DNA of 63,084 nucleotides, counting the filler, from Octopus bimaculoides (taxonomy: Eukaryota), in assembly GCF_001194135.2 (NCBI RefSeq). It is 4 parts of 3 records of this genome, joined end to end, with 100 filler letters (N's around TTAATTAATTAA, not from the genome) between each part and the next. Parts side by side here need not be neighbours in the genome. Positions count along the whole stretch, not along the records: positions 1 to 14,642 come from NC_068986.1; positions 14,743 to 32,199 come from NC_068988.1; 2 more parts are not named here. One strand, written 5' to 3'. The position numbers and the translations under genes were made by a program. Shown in pieces: positions 13,861 to 25,105 of this stretch (the first letter of the stretch is position 1; each line of letters starts with the position of its first letter). Below the pieces are notes generated by a model that did not search any database, was not told the DNA's origin, and was given only the letters and a program-made list of their open reading frames with translations.

Positions 13861-14182
13861 TCCAACTTCATTATTATTATTATGATCATTATTATTATTA
13901 TTGAGTGAGAGAGCAGTGCATGCCATCAAAGTGACACTGGGGTAAAATATACGAAGCCCATTATACCCATCATGCCTACCCGTCTGATAAGGGTACACCA
14001 GGCACATGCATCACAACCATATGTGCGCGACATGGTGATCTCATATTATCTCCACATTTATCCCCACATTTCATATTATTATTATTATTATTATTCGAAA
14101 ATATAAGGACACGGATCGTGTGTCGTATAGCCAGCTGGAAACGATTTCTCCTGTGGCTAAACAACAGAAGCATTCGCTACTG

Positions 14183-14245
14183 GGGCCTGCCACATCATGG
14201 GACTGCCACATTATGGGACTGCCACCAATTGGACTGCCACATTAG
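14183..14245. repeat. short minisatellite, about 4 x 15-16 bp (GGACTGCCACATTAT)
   Basis: ggcctgccacatcat-gggactgccacattat-gggactgccaccaat-tggactgccacatta. Confidence 0.85.
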
Positions 14246-14264
14246 GTTGGAAAAAAGTCGTCAC

Positions 14265-14267
<3 letters not shown>

Positions 14268-14319
<52 letters not shown>
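14268..14319. repeat. (ATT)n microsatellite
   Basis: Direct reading. Confidence 0.95.
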
Positions 14320-14320
<1 letters not shown>

Positions 14321-14642
14321 TAGCTGGACCCGTAAAAACTTTACGGAAAATATAAAAAATGTAAGCATCTGTAAATTGTGTGCTGGTGCCATGAGAAATG
14401 TTTCTATATTGTGAGACTTACAGTAATATCCAATATTGGCTGAGGACCCAGTATATAAAATACTGTAATTGATTATATTGTAGGAAAGTAAAAGTAACAT
14501 CCAATATTTTTTGTGGTTATGTATCAGTCTACTCTGAAAATACTGATAAACATTTAAAAACACAAACAAACGCCACTTTCCTTTCAGTCACCACACCCTT
14601 TCTGTCTCACTCCTCTTACTCCCCCTCTCTCTCGCTTTACCG

Positions 14643-14742
14643 NNNNNNNNNNNNNNNNNNNNNNNNNNNNNNNNNNNNNNNNNNNNTTAATTAATTAANN
14701 NNNNNNNNNNNNNNNNNNNNNNNNNNNNNNNNNNNNNNNNNN
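14643..14742. other. synthetic 100-bp assembly spacer (N44-TTAATTAATTAA-N44)
   Basis: Exactly 44 N on each side of a palindromic 12-mer with stops in all six frames; identical blocks at 32200 and 48169. Confidence 0.95.
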
Positions 14743-15344
14743 ATATATATATGTGTGTGTGTGTATGTATGTATGTATGTATGTATGTATGTATGTATGT
14801 ATATGCCACTATCTCTGATTGTCTTAAGAGTCGTGTGGTATGACACAGTTGTTATGATGGTACCTCTGCAAAACAGCAACTATTCAGAGGTGTATGGCGA
14901 TGGTGCGTACGTATGCGTATTTCCATGTACGTGTGTGAATTGATATGCTGCATGAATGTTTTGGGGCCGAACTGTCCTTGATTTTGTTGTACAAACGACC
15001 TTGCTTTCAAGTAGCTAAAGATGTACTGAATGACGTATGCAAAAACACTCCCAATAAGCTGAAAATTACTTAAGTTAGAAAATGAAAAGAAAGGCACAAT
15101 AACACTTATCAACGTCTTTCAAATAAAAAGGATGTAAATTTCAAGATATGAATTGTTTTCTCGGAAAATTGAATGTTCCTGATATCTCCATTTTCAATTT
15201 TATTTCTCATGAAACAGTTTGAACGAGGCAAATGAGGCAAATGAATTATCTGTTTTCATATGTTAATTATGTTGGTTATGATATTAACCGTCGAAACAGA
15301 TGTAGAAATTAAATGAAATAATAGAACTTTTTCTATATGTGTGT

Positions 15345-15400
<56 letters not shown>

Positions 15401-15940
15401 NNNNNNNNNNNNNNNNNNNNNNNNNNNNNNNNNNNNNNNNNNNNNNNNNNNNNNNNNNNNNNNNNNNNNNNNNNNNNNNNNNNNNNNNNNNNNNNNNNNN
15501 NNNNNNNNNNNNNNNNNNNNNNNNNNNNNNNNNNNNNNNNNNNNNNNNNNNNNNNNNNNNNNNNNNNNNNNNNNNNNNNNNNNNNNNNNNNNNNNNNNNN
15601 NNNNNNNNNNNNNNNNNNNNNNNNNNNNNNNNNNNNNNNNNNNNNNNNNNNNNNNNNNNNNNNNNNNNNNNNNNNNNNNNNNNNNNNNNNNNNNNNNNNN
15701 NNNNNNNNNNNNNNNNNNNNNNNNNNNNNNNNNNNNNNNNNNNNNNNNNNNNNNNNNNNNNNNNNNNNNNNNNNNNNNNTGGTGGTGGTGGTGGTGGTGG
15801 TGGTGGTAGTAGTAGATAATTGGGTGTAGGCGTAGATGTGGATATGAATATTATAGTTATCATCTTTCTTTCACCATATTATATTTCCTTTCTGGCATCT
15901 AATGCGTACATATGTGTTTTTATGATCAGTCTGTGTGCAT

Positions 15941-15948
15941 GTATCTAT

Positions 15949-16036
<88 letters not shown>

Positions 16037-16262
16037 TTGTCTGTATGTATGTATGTTTGTATGACTGTCTGTCTGTTTGTCCCTACCTATCTATAGATCT
16101 GCTTGTCATACAGTCTGCTTGTCCGTCAGTATTTCTGTCTCTCTGCCTACCTTCTAACCTACCTACCTACCTACCTACCTACCTACCTACCTACCTACCT
16201 ACATATATACCTTCATACATACATACATACCTACATTACTACCTACCTACCTACCTATCTAC
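15941..16262. repeat. compound tetranucleotide microsatellite (TATC/TGTC/TACC/TACA)n
   Basis: Direct reading. Confidence 0.95.
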
Positions 16263-16985
16263 CTATTCAATCATGTCTGTCTACATGACTAACCATTTAA
16301 ATGCTTATTACTTGTTTATTAAACTTGTAAATATTAAAGAGCGTGTTATATCATACTGCACATGTGAGTGTGAGTGTGTGTTTATTTGTATACATGTGTG
16401 CGTGCGTGTGTATGTGTGTGTGTGTACATGCATACATATATACTTATATGCATGTATAAATACATAAATAGAAACGTATGTAATAAAGAAAAAATATTGA
16501 ACGCTTTAAATATTATAACCTTCTTATATCATTATGTAAACATGTGTATCAAAACACTAAACAGTCAACACATTTACACAAGTAGCTGAAACACGTACAA
16601 ACACAAGTAATTGTGACTATTTAACATGCACAGATACATCAGATCCCATGCACCTACAAAGTTGATAGAAATAATCAGAGAGGAATGAATAAGCAGGAAA
16701 TAATGGATAACTCTGAAGTGTGATATTTTGTCTTAACGCGGGATTAAAAACATTGTTTACGATGATCAACGGCTCATATTTTGCAAATTTAGTGGCATAA
16801 ATACATTTTTAGTAGTAGGTAACCTTTCCAAAATATCTTCGTTTAGTCTATATGTACCAAATTTATTTTCAGAGTTGCTTTATTTTTTTCCGATAATTAA
16901 TTTTATATTAAATTCAAATTACGATTAACGTAAACGAACAAACGAAGTTTGCTTTTAGAAGCGTTAAGATGTCTTAGAAAGTTAA

Positions 16986-17110
16986 AGAAGTGATTTTAAA
17001 TTCTCAAACGTGTGGCCGCCCACACTTTTTTCTGCAAAATAGGGGTAGTTTATCCTGTTCAGGCTATATTATTAGCATTATCCTGCGTTTGAGAATTTAA
17101 AATCACTTCT
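16986..17110. mobile_element. 125-bp MITE with TTAA target duplication (Kolobok-like)
   Basis: Perfect 25-bp TIR AGAAGTGATTTTAAATTCTCAAACG at both ends, TTAA at 16982-16985 and 17111-17114; 5'-AG terminus. Confidence 0.75.
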
Positions 17111-19853
17111 TTAAATTAATTTTATGTTTACCAAAACTTTAGGAGGTGATCGCTGATTTAGGACATCACTTTCACGTTTGTCATTTTGTCGATCATTTTG
17201 TTTGGCAACCAACTAAGGATTGCTGAATTTAATATTGCTGTAACAATATCGCTTGATTTATTAAAAATTATCGTTGTCACAGCATGATTTACACTATTGA
17301 ATGAATTACATTATTAAGCTTCTTTAACAGCTAGTTGTACGGACAGGCTATCAGCAACTAAACTGGTTCGTCCATCAAACTTACCTGGTGAGGAGAGCTT
17401 CTAGAGACCCAGCAAAACAACAACAAAAAATTATCTGTCAACCGAACGGATTAACCTGGTGAAGTGTTAACAGCCATCTCACAATTGCACTGGTGAGCCA
17501 GAGCACCGCAAGAACGGACATCTAGCTCTTGTGATAACATATGTCTAGGAGGAAGTTACACCGCTGGAAGGCTGGAGGATTGTTCAGTTTCTGGTCACTC
17601 CAGCTAACGCTGAATTCTATAGGAAAACAATGTGTTTGTCTATGTACACTTCATTCACTATATTCAATTTTACTCTCAGGAACTTCTTGGAAAACATGCT
17701 ATGGATTTCTCACAAAATATTGCAGCAATTACGTACATTGGAACGTTATTATATACATATTATTATATGAATATTCTATAAATATGATCCAGCAGAAGCT
17801 GTATTCTCGCACGTCATCAGGTGAGTAGCTTAGAGAGTAATGCTGCGTCACCTACAGCATCCCATTATTTTCTACCTTCTATTCTATTTTTAGCATTCCT
17901 TTGATAAAGAGCAACACGTAAATTCAGACAGCAGTCGTAAAAAATACCGAATAATTTTTTTAGATATGAAAAGCAAAAAATGTAAATTATAAAATAAACA
18001 TGTATGATACATATATATGGATGTGTATATATATGTGTGTGCATGTGTGTGTGTGTATGTGTGCGTGTGTGTGTGTGAATGTGTATGTGTGTGTGCGTGT
18101 GTATGTGAATCTTTGTGTGTGTGTGTGGGAGCTGTTCAAATCGTTTGTCATTCATTACACTCGTATTTTTAAAGTTTCTTACTACTTGTGATGAAGAATT
18201 AACATCCGAAACTTTTAAAACATACTAATGCATTTGTTATAANNNNNNNNNNATATATATATATATATATATATATGTAAATATATGTATGTATATATGT
18301 ATGTATATATATATATGTATATATATATATATTCACACACAGACATAATACATACATACATACATACATACATACTCCACCTTTAATATTTCCTTTAAAC
18401 AGCAAATGTAAGATTTCTTCCCTAAAGCCGGTGGCTCGTCTCATCCTATGATAGAATCAATCTACAAACATTATTTTGGACCGCCGAGACCCCAGAAACA
18501 GCTGTTGGGTTTGTAACACTTTTCTTCTACCCCATTAACCCTCTATATCATTTGTACTCTGGGTAAGTAGGACCTTTTTGTATGCAAACATATATACATT
18601 TTTGTATTTCACGTATTAATATAATAAAACTTTATATATTGATCTGTATAACTTGCTTATCCCTACATTTATTTCTATACCCGCTCAAGCTTAATTCCCT
18701 TGAACATTACTAAGTGTATTCTATACGGAGAATATCTGATTCTCATCTATGAACTATTTACATACATACATACATACATACATATACACATACACACATA
18801 CATACATACATACATACATACATACATACATACATACATACGTACGTACATACATACGTGTACATACGCGTACGCACCTACCCCACCCCCACCACACACA
18901 TGGTGGGACGCAGCATTGNNNNNNNNNNNNNNNNNNNNNNNNNNNNNNNNNNNNNNNNNNNNNNNNNNNNNNNNNNNNNNNNNNNNNNNNNNNNNNNNNN
19001 NNNNNNNNNNNNNNNNNNNNNNNNNNNNNNNNNNNNNNNNNNNNNNNNNNNNNNNNNNNNNNNNNNNNNNNNNNNNNNNNNNNNNNNNNNNNNNNNNNNN
19101 NNNNNNNNNNNNNNNNNNNNNNNNNNNNNNNNNNNNNNNNNNNNNNNNNNNNNNNNNNNNNNNNNNNNNNNNNNNNNNNNNNNNNNNNNNNNNNNNNNNN
19201 NNNNNNNNNNNNNNNNNNNNNNNNNNNNNNNNNNNNNNNNNNNNNNNNNNNNNNNNNNNNNNNNNNNNNNNNNNNNNNNNNNNNNNNNNNNNNNNNNNNN
19301 NNNNNNNNNNNNNNNNNNNNNNNNNNNNNNNNNNNNNNNNNNNNNNNNNNNNNNNNNNNNNNNNNNNNNNNNNNNNNNNNNNNNNNNNNNNNNNNNNNNN
19401 NNNNNNNNNNNNNNNNNNNNNNNNNNNNNNNNNNNNNNNNNNNNNNNNNNNNNNNNNNNNNNNNNNNNNNNNNNNNNNNNNNNNNNNNNNNNNNNNNNNN
19501 NNNNNNNNNNNNNNNNNNNNNNNNNNNNNNNNNNNNNNNNNNNNNNNNNNNNNNNNNNNNNNNNNNNNNNNNNNNNNNNNNNNNNNNNNNNNNNNNNNNN
19601 NNNNNNNNNNNNNNNNNNNNNNNNNNNNNNNNNNNNNNNNNNNNNNNNNNNNNNNNNNNNNNNNNNNNNNNNNNNNNNNNNNNNNNNNNNNNNNNNNNNN
19701 NNNNNNNNNNNNNNNNNNNNNNNNNNNNNNNNNNNNNNNNNNNNNNNNNNNNNNNNNNNNNNNNNNNNNNNNNNNNNNNNNNNNNNNNNNNNNNNNNNNN
19801 NNNNNNNNNNNNNNNNNNNNNNNNNNNNNNNNNNNNNNNNNNNNNNNNNNNNN

Positions 19854-21368
19854 GCGGTTGTAGAATCGCGGTTTCAATTCCCAGACCGGGCGTTTATTGA
19901 GCGTTTATTGAGTATTTATTGAGCGAAAATGCCTAAATTTCCACGAGGCTCCGGCAGGGATGGAGGGGAACCCTTCTGTACCCTTTCACCACAACTTTCT
20001 CTCACTCTGTCTTCCTGTTTCTCTTGTACCTGTATTTCAAAGGGCCAGTCCTGTCACACTCTGTGTCACGCTGAATCTCCTCGAGAATTACGTTAAGGGT
20101 ACACGTGTCTGTGGAGTGCTCAGCCACTTGTTCGTTAATTTCACGAGCAGGCTGTACCGTTGATCGGATCATCTGAAACCCACGTCATCGCAACCGGATC
20201 ATTGGGTTTGACGGCCAACATTTTTTATGTAGTGTTTTTGGTACCGAAACACTTTCAAACTTCGTATACTTGTATATTTTGTGGTATAGAACAGATAAAA
20301 AATTTTGTATTCGAAGTTATTTCACGTTAAAAATTGTCTTATTTCGATAATTTCAACTAATCACTGACGTCTATTCAGTTGAATACAGTTAGCGCTGTAA
20401 CGGTGTATATGGTATTAATCCCCGTTAGTTCTGACATTTCCGATTAACTAGACTGTTCGTAAACAAAGGGGAAAAAGCCATCAAAATACTTGAATATTGC
20501 CTGCACTTGTTATTGGAGCTNNNNNNNNNNNNNNNNNNNNNNNNNNNNNNNNNNNNNNNNNNNNNNNNNNNNNNNNNNNNNNNNNNNNNNNNNNNNNNNN
20601 NNNNNNNNNNNNNNNNNNNNNNNNNNNNNNNNNNNNNNNNNNNNNNNNNNNNNNNNNNNNNNNNNNNNNNNNNNNNNNNNNNNNNNNNNNNNNNNNNNNN
20701 NNNNNNNNNNNNNNNNNNNNNNNNNNNNNNNNNNNNNNNNNNNNNNNNNNNNNNNNNNNNNNNNNNNNNNNNNNNNNNNNNNNNNNNNNNNNNNNNNNNN
20801 NNNNNNNNNNNNNNNNNNNNNNNNNNNNNNNNNNNNNNNNNNNNNNNNNNNNNNNNNNNNNNNNNNNNNNNNNNNNNNNNNNNNNNNNNNNNNNNNNNNN
20901 NNNNNNNNNNNNNNNNNNNNNNNNNNNNNNNNNNNNNNNNNNNNNNNNNNNNNNNNNNNNNNNNNNNNNNNNNNNNTAACCCTAAAACTAACCCTAACTC
21001 TAGAATCCGAACTCTAAAATTGTTACACACACAGATACGCACAGCGTAATTTATTATATAAACAATATATGCGTATAAATTACGATTAAACCGGATGAAA
21101 TATGTCACAGGGAATAACATTTTTATGACCGGTCAGCGGTAACTGTATTCAGCTGAATAGACGTCAGTGGTTGGTTGAAATTACAGACATACGACAACTT
21201 TAACATGAAATAACTTGCGATGTACAAAATTTTGTTAAGAAGGTTAAGAGAAGAAGTTGTTTTATATGACACATTCTATCAGTGTCCCAAGTTTGAAAGT
21301 GTTTCGTTAAGAAAACAAATGTTGCCCGTCAAACCCCAAAGATCCTCGCAACCGACTGAGTGCCACGA
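19854..21368 (+). mobile_element. SINE family A copy, tail split by the foldback element at 20196-21345
   Basis: Body 19854-20195 matches family A; the remaining tail ...GACTGAGTGCCA resumes after 21346. Confidence 0.85.
20196..21345. mobile_element. non-autonomous foldback DNA element with ~200-bp imperfect TIRs and 8-bp TSD (Mutator-like)
   Basis: Ends GGATCATTGGGTTTGACGGCCAAC / GTTGCCCGTCAAACCCCAAAGATCC; inner TIR block CACTGACGTCTATTCAG.TGAATACAGTTA on both arms; TSD TCGCAACC at 20188-20195 and 21346-21353; centre partly in a gap, with TAACCCTA-like repeats. Confidence 0.8.
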
Positions 21369-21760
21369 ATGTCAATGATCACTTAACAAATGTTTGCTTC
21401 TATTTTTAAACATATTTTCATATATACATTTCCAAAATTCCCTGTAATGCATGGGAGGCTTGCCTGCCACAACTAGCTGTCACGCTACTTAAGCTCTGAT
21501 TTACCACCTACTTCCTAAAATTATATTAGGAATGCCACGACAGACGAAAAAGTACAGAATGCCAGAAACTGAGACGGCCTACATGGTAGCTTTGTATATT
21601 GAGAGTACAGCGTAGAGAGGTTTGTTGAGCATCTCTTGGGGAAGCCGTAATTTTTCTGAATAAGCTGTTTTTAAACGATAAATGCGTAATCAACGATATT
21701 AAAATAAATTATATTATATATGCACAGGCACATACATTCATAAACATGCTTACATATACA

Positions 21761-21820
21761 CGCGAGCCTGTACACACACACGCGAGCCTGTATACACACA
21801 CGCGAGCCTGTACACACACA
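21761..21820. repeat. minisatellite 3 x 20 bp (CGCGAGCCTGTACACACACA)
   Basis: Three tandem units, one mismatch. Confidence 0.95.
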
Positions 21821-23893
21821 CGCACACACATATCAGTGTGTATGTCTATATAATGCGTGTGTGAGAAAGTATGTTTCTGTAAATGTTCGCTTGTGTGTGT
21901 ATTAAGGTTTCCTTAAGCCGCTGTCTCTATATTTTCCCCTCCACTCTGTTTTTTATGTAAGTAGGTCCGTATGAACGAATATGTATGCACATACATACAT
22001 ACATATATATAACACACACACACACTCACATACAAACATGGACGCACACAAATATACACAACATATATACACAACCCCATTTATTCCTATAGCTATACAC
22101 ATGTGCACTCATAAGCGTCCACGCTATTTTCAATAGCCGTGAAAGCAATGTGTCGGCGAGCTCTGTACTCGTTGTCTAATATGTACGAAGTATGATTGAA
22201 TTTCACACAGTCTTGGAATAGAATCCACCCACTTTCTCTTTGTTTCGTTTGAATGAACGTTTGCTCTCATATTCATTCATATGTGTGTATGTGTGTGTGA
22301 GTGCGTGCGTGTCTGTGTATATGTGTATGCTTGTGTGTGTGTGTGTGTGTGTATGCATCACACACACACATATGTACACATACGTGCGCACGCACACACA
22401 CACACATACATATCTATGTATCAATCGTTTGAAATTTAATGCTACGTTAAATGTCTAGGTGGACACCCATGATTAAATGTTTGTCTATAGAAAAGGTGTT
22501 TCCTCGTCTGTTAGTCTGATATTTGAAACCGAAATTTTAGTCATTGATAAAAGTAAGAAAAAAGAACATTGATACTTAGTAGATAATCCTCGTGAAACTC
22601 ACAGTGTACGTACAGTTGTAACAAAAAAGCCGTTTGTATCTTTAGTAATATCTGTTTGAAGATATCAGGCAACGGTAGGCGGATCCAGTGTTTTACGTTT
22701 CATATATTGTGTGTAGTCTTGCTGCTTGTTTTGTCAATAAAAGTGTCTGTATGAAGGGCTGGATCTAGACATGGTGAGTTCCTAAGCTATGGGATCCTGA
22801 AGAAGCATGATCATCGTGGAATAGCGAGTCGTGGTAGACCGCAATGGGTAGCCGTTTTATATATTTTAAATAATAATGTGCCAGAAGAAATTACTCAGAG
22901 TGGCCAGTGACAACATACACCGATACAGGTATATTAAATACCATACGACATGAATTCTTCATTCATTAAAATTACCTACGCTTCTAGATGTCATAATTAC
23001 CAAACGGCAATTAAGACTAGTTTCACTTGAGAAGGGGTAATAATTTCAAGAATCAAGATCCTCCAAAGTTGACATACCATTAATGAAAAAGATAGGCTTA
23101 TTGTCTGGTGATAAGAAGACAGCCGCGACATGTGTTTCTAGCTGAATAACCGTCATCAGTTCAACAATTGTCCAACCTTATCTCCTATCACCAAGAGATT
23201 AAGACTTGTACATAAAAGAGTATAACACATTTATGGCCTTGATAATTTGCTTATTTTAAGCAAACATTAGCTGAGAGGAATAACTCAGAGTGGCCAGTGG
23301 CAACGTGTCTTTGCTGAAACCGAAGATACTCTACGTTTAAAGAAGTGGGCAACCAATTTGACTACCTCACAGCGGGGTGGCCAAAACTCACGATATGCCA
23401 TTGTGGGAAAATATTAGATTTTATCACCACGATACATTGTCGGAAAACTTATCCCTAACTGTCAACTTAAGTTTGTTTTTCTGTAAATTATTCATTCGTC
23501 AATGATTAAGAGAAAATGCCATAAAGATGCCAAAACATTCTTCCATATTTCAAATTCAGTGGGAGGAGGGATTTTCTCTTGACAGTTTATTTATTGCATT
23601 TTTACTCCTTGTGACGAATAAATAGTTTTTAAATGCTGATTGTCAGATATGGGAGAGGGAGCAGTATCATGAGGCCGACTTTACTTCCATTCTCTCGAGC
23701 CGAGGTTCGATTTACTTCTCTTCTTTGTAGAAGTGCAGCCTGATGGGTATGACAAATGTCACTGTGGATGTCATTGGGAAAGCAGTATTTGGCAGATTCG
23801 ATAGGAGAACTGAAGTTGGTTATGATCCGTCCTGTTCTATGTTCTAATCCCACCGAAATTTTACTTTTTATCATTTCAATGTGTCTGCAAAAT

Positions 23894-24256
23894 TTGTTGG
23901 CACTCCGTCGCTTACGACGTTGAGGGTTCTAGTTGATCCGATCAATGGAACAGCCTGCTTGTGAAATTAACGTGCAAGTGGCTGAGCACTCCACAGACAC
24001 GTGTACCCTTAACGTAGTTCTCAGGGATATTCAGCGTGACAGTGTGACAAGTCTCACTCTTTGAATTATAGGCACAACAGAAACAGGAAGTAAGAGTAAG
24101 AGAAAGTTGTGGTGAAAGAGTACAGCAGGGTTCGCCACCATCCCCTGCTGGAGCCTCGTGGAGTTTTAGGTGTTTTCGCTCAATAAACACTCACAACGAA
24201 ACCGCGATCCTATGACCGCGAGTCCGCTGCCCTAACCACTGGGCCATTGCACCTCC
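23894..24256 (-). mobile_element. tRNA-derived SINE, family A
   Basis: Reverse complement of the 2401/40589 copies, head to tail. Confidence 0.92.
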
Positions 24257-24539
24257 ACGTCTGAAAAATAAACACCAGTCAATTACTGGCATCACTTAAT
24301 TGACCTTCTTTCTATGTGTGTGTGTGTGTGTGTGTGTGCATATATATAGCTAAGTGAGATTCGAGTAAACATTTTGTATAATGCTGTGTAAAGCTCGCCC
24401 ATAGTTATTGGTTATCTGATGTCATTATAAAGTAGAAATGCACATGCAACAGGATATACATCAGGAATTCCACAGTATCCGTAGAATTTATATAAACAGA
24501 TAAACAACAGAAAACGGAATTACCGATCTCCTTTATTTA

Positions 24540-24650
24540 AAATTAATACAATTGTTTCGACGCATTCCCGCACCTGTAGTTCATAGATGAGGTGTTGTGC
24601 AGTCACTTATCCTATATCTCTGGCGTAGAATGCTCCTCTTCAGGTCATAT
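24540..24650 (-). ncRNA. type-I hammerhead ribozyme motif with extended helix II; helix I degraded
   Basis: Minus strand: CTGAAGA (24643-24637), helix II GGAGCATTC.ACGC / GCGGGAATGCGTC, GAAA (24558-24555), CAATTG palindrome, then TA giving a GUA triplet; helix I pairs at only about 4 of 7 positions. Confidence 0.55.
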
Positions 24651-24888
24651 AAACTTTAAGCTTATAAATATTATTATTATCTATATAACTGTCACTCGTC
24701 ACCGCTTCTCAATTGATCGCAAAAAACGTACGTTTCTTTAAAAATGTTTCTCGTTAGATACTCTCGTCATTTCACTCAATTTGATAATGTATACTCATAT
24801 CGATGTTTTCATTGTAGCAGTTCACAGCCAGTTAACTTACTAACCCATGGTTTCTTATGTAGAACTAAAACATATATTCTGTGATATA

Positions 24889-25105
24889 CGAGAGGACGCT
24901 GAAAAGTTCCTGGCTTTGGGTAAAAGAAAATACAGGAGAATCAATTGATTATGATTTTATTCAACATATTCTCCTCTCAGATTCACGCACTTATTGCAGC
25001 GGTCCTTCAGTTTTTCTAAGCCCCGTAAAAGAACTCGGAAGGTTGGACCTCCAGCCAGGCCTTTCGCGAAACCCCTGAAGTTAGAAACTTTCCAGCACTT
25101 CCTTG
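24889..25105. mobile_element. mariner-type MITE (TA TSD, degenerate TIRs)
   Basis: TA-CGAGAGGACGCTGAAAAGTTCCT ... AGAAACTTTCCAGCACTTCCTTG-TA; ends about 17/25 complementary; same left end at 30894. Confidence 0.6.

Noticed and set aside
23118-23165. Minus-strand CTGATGA...GAAACACATGTC hammerhead-like string
   Set aside because: Helix II lacks the G-C closing pair and no helix I can form.
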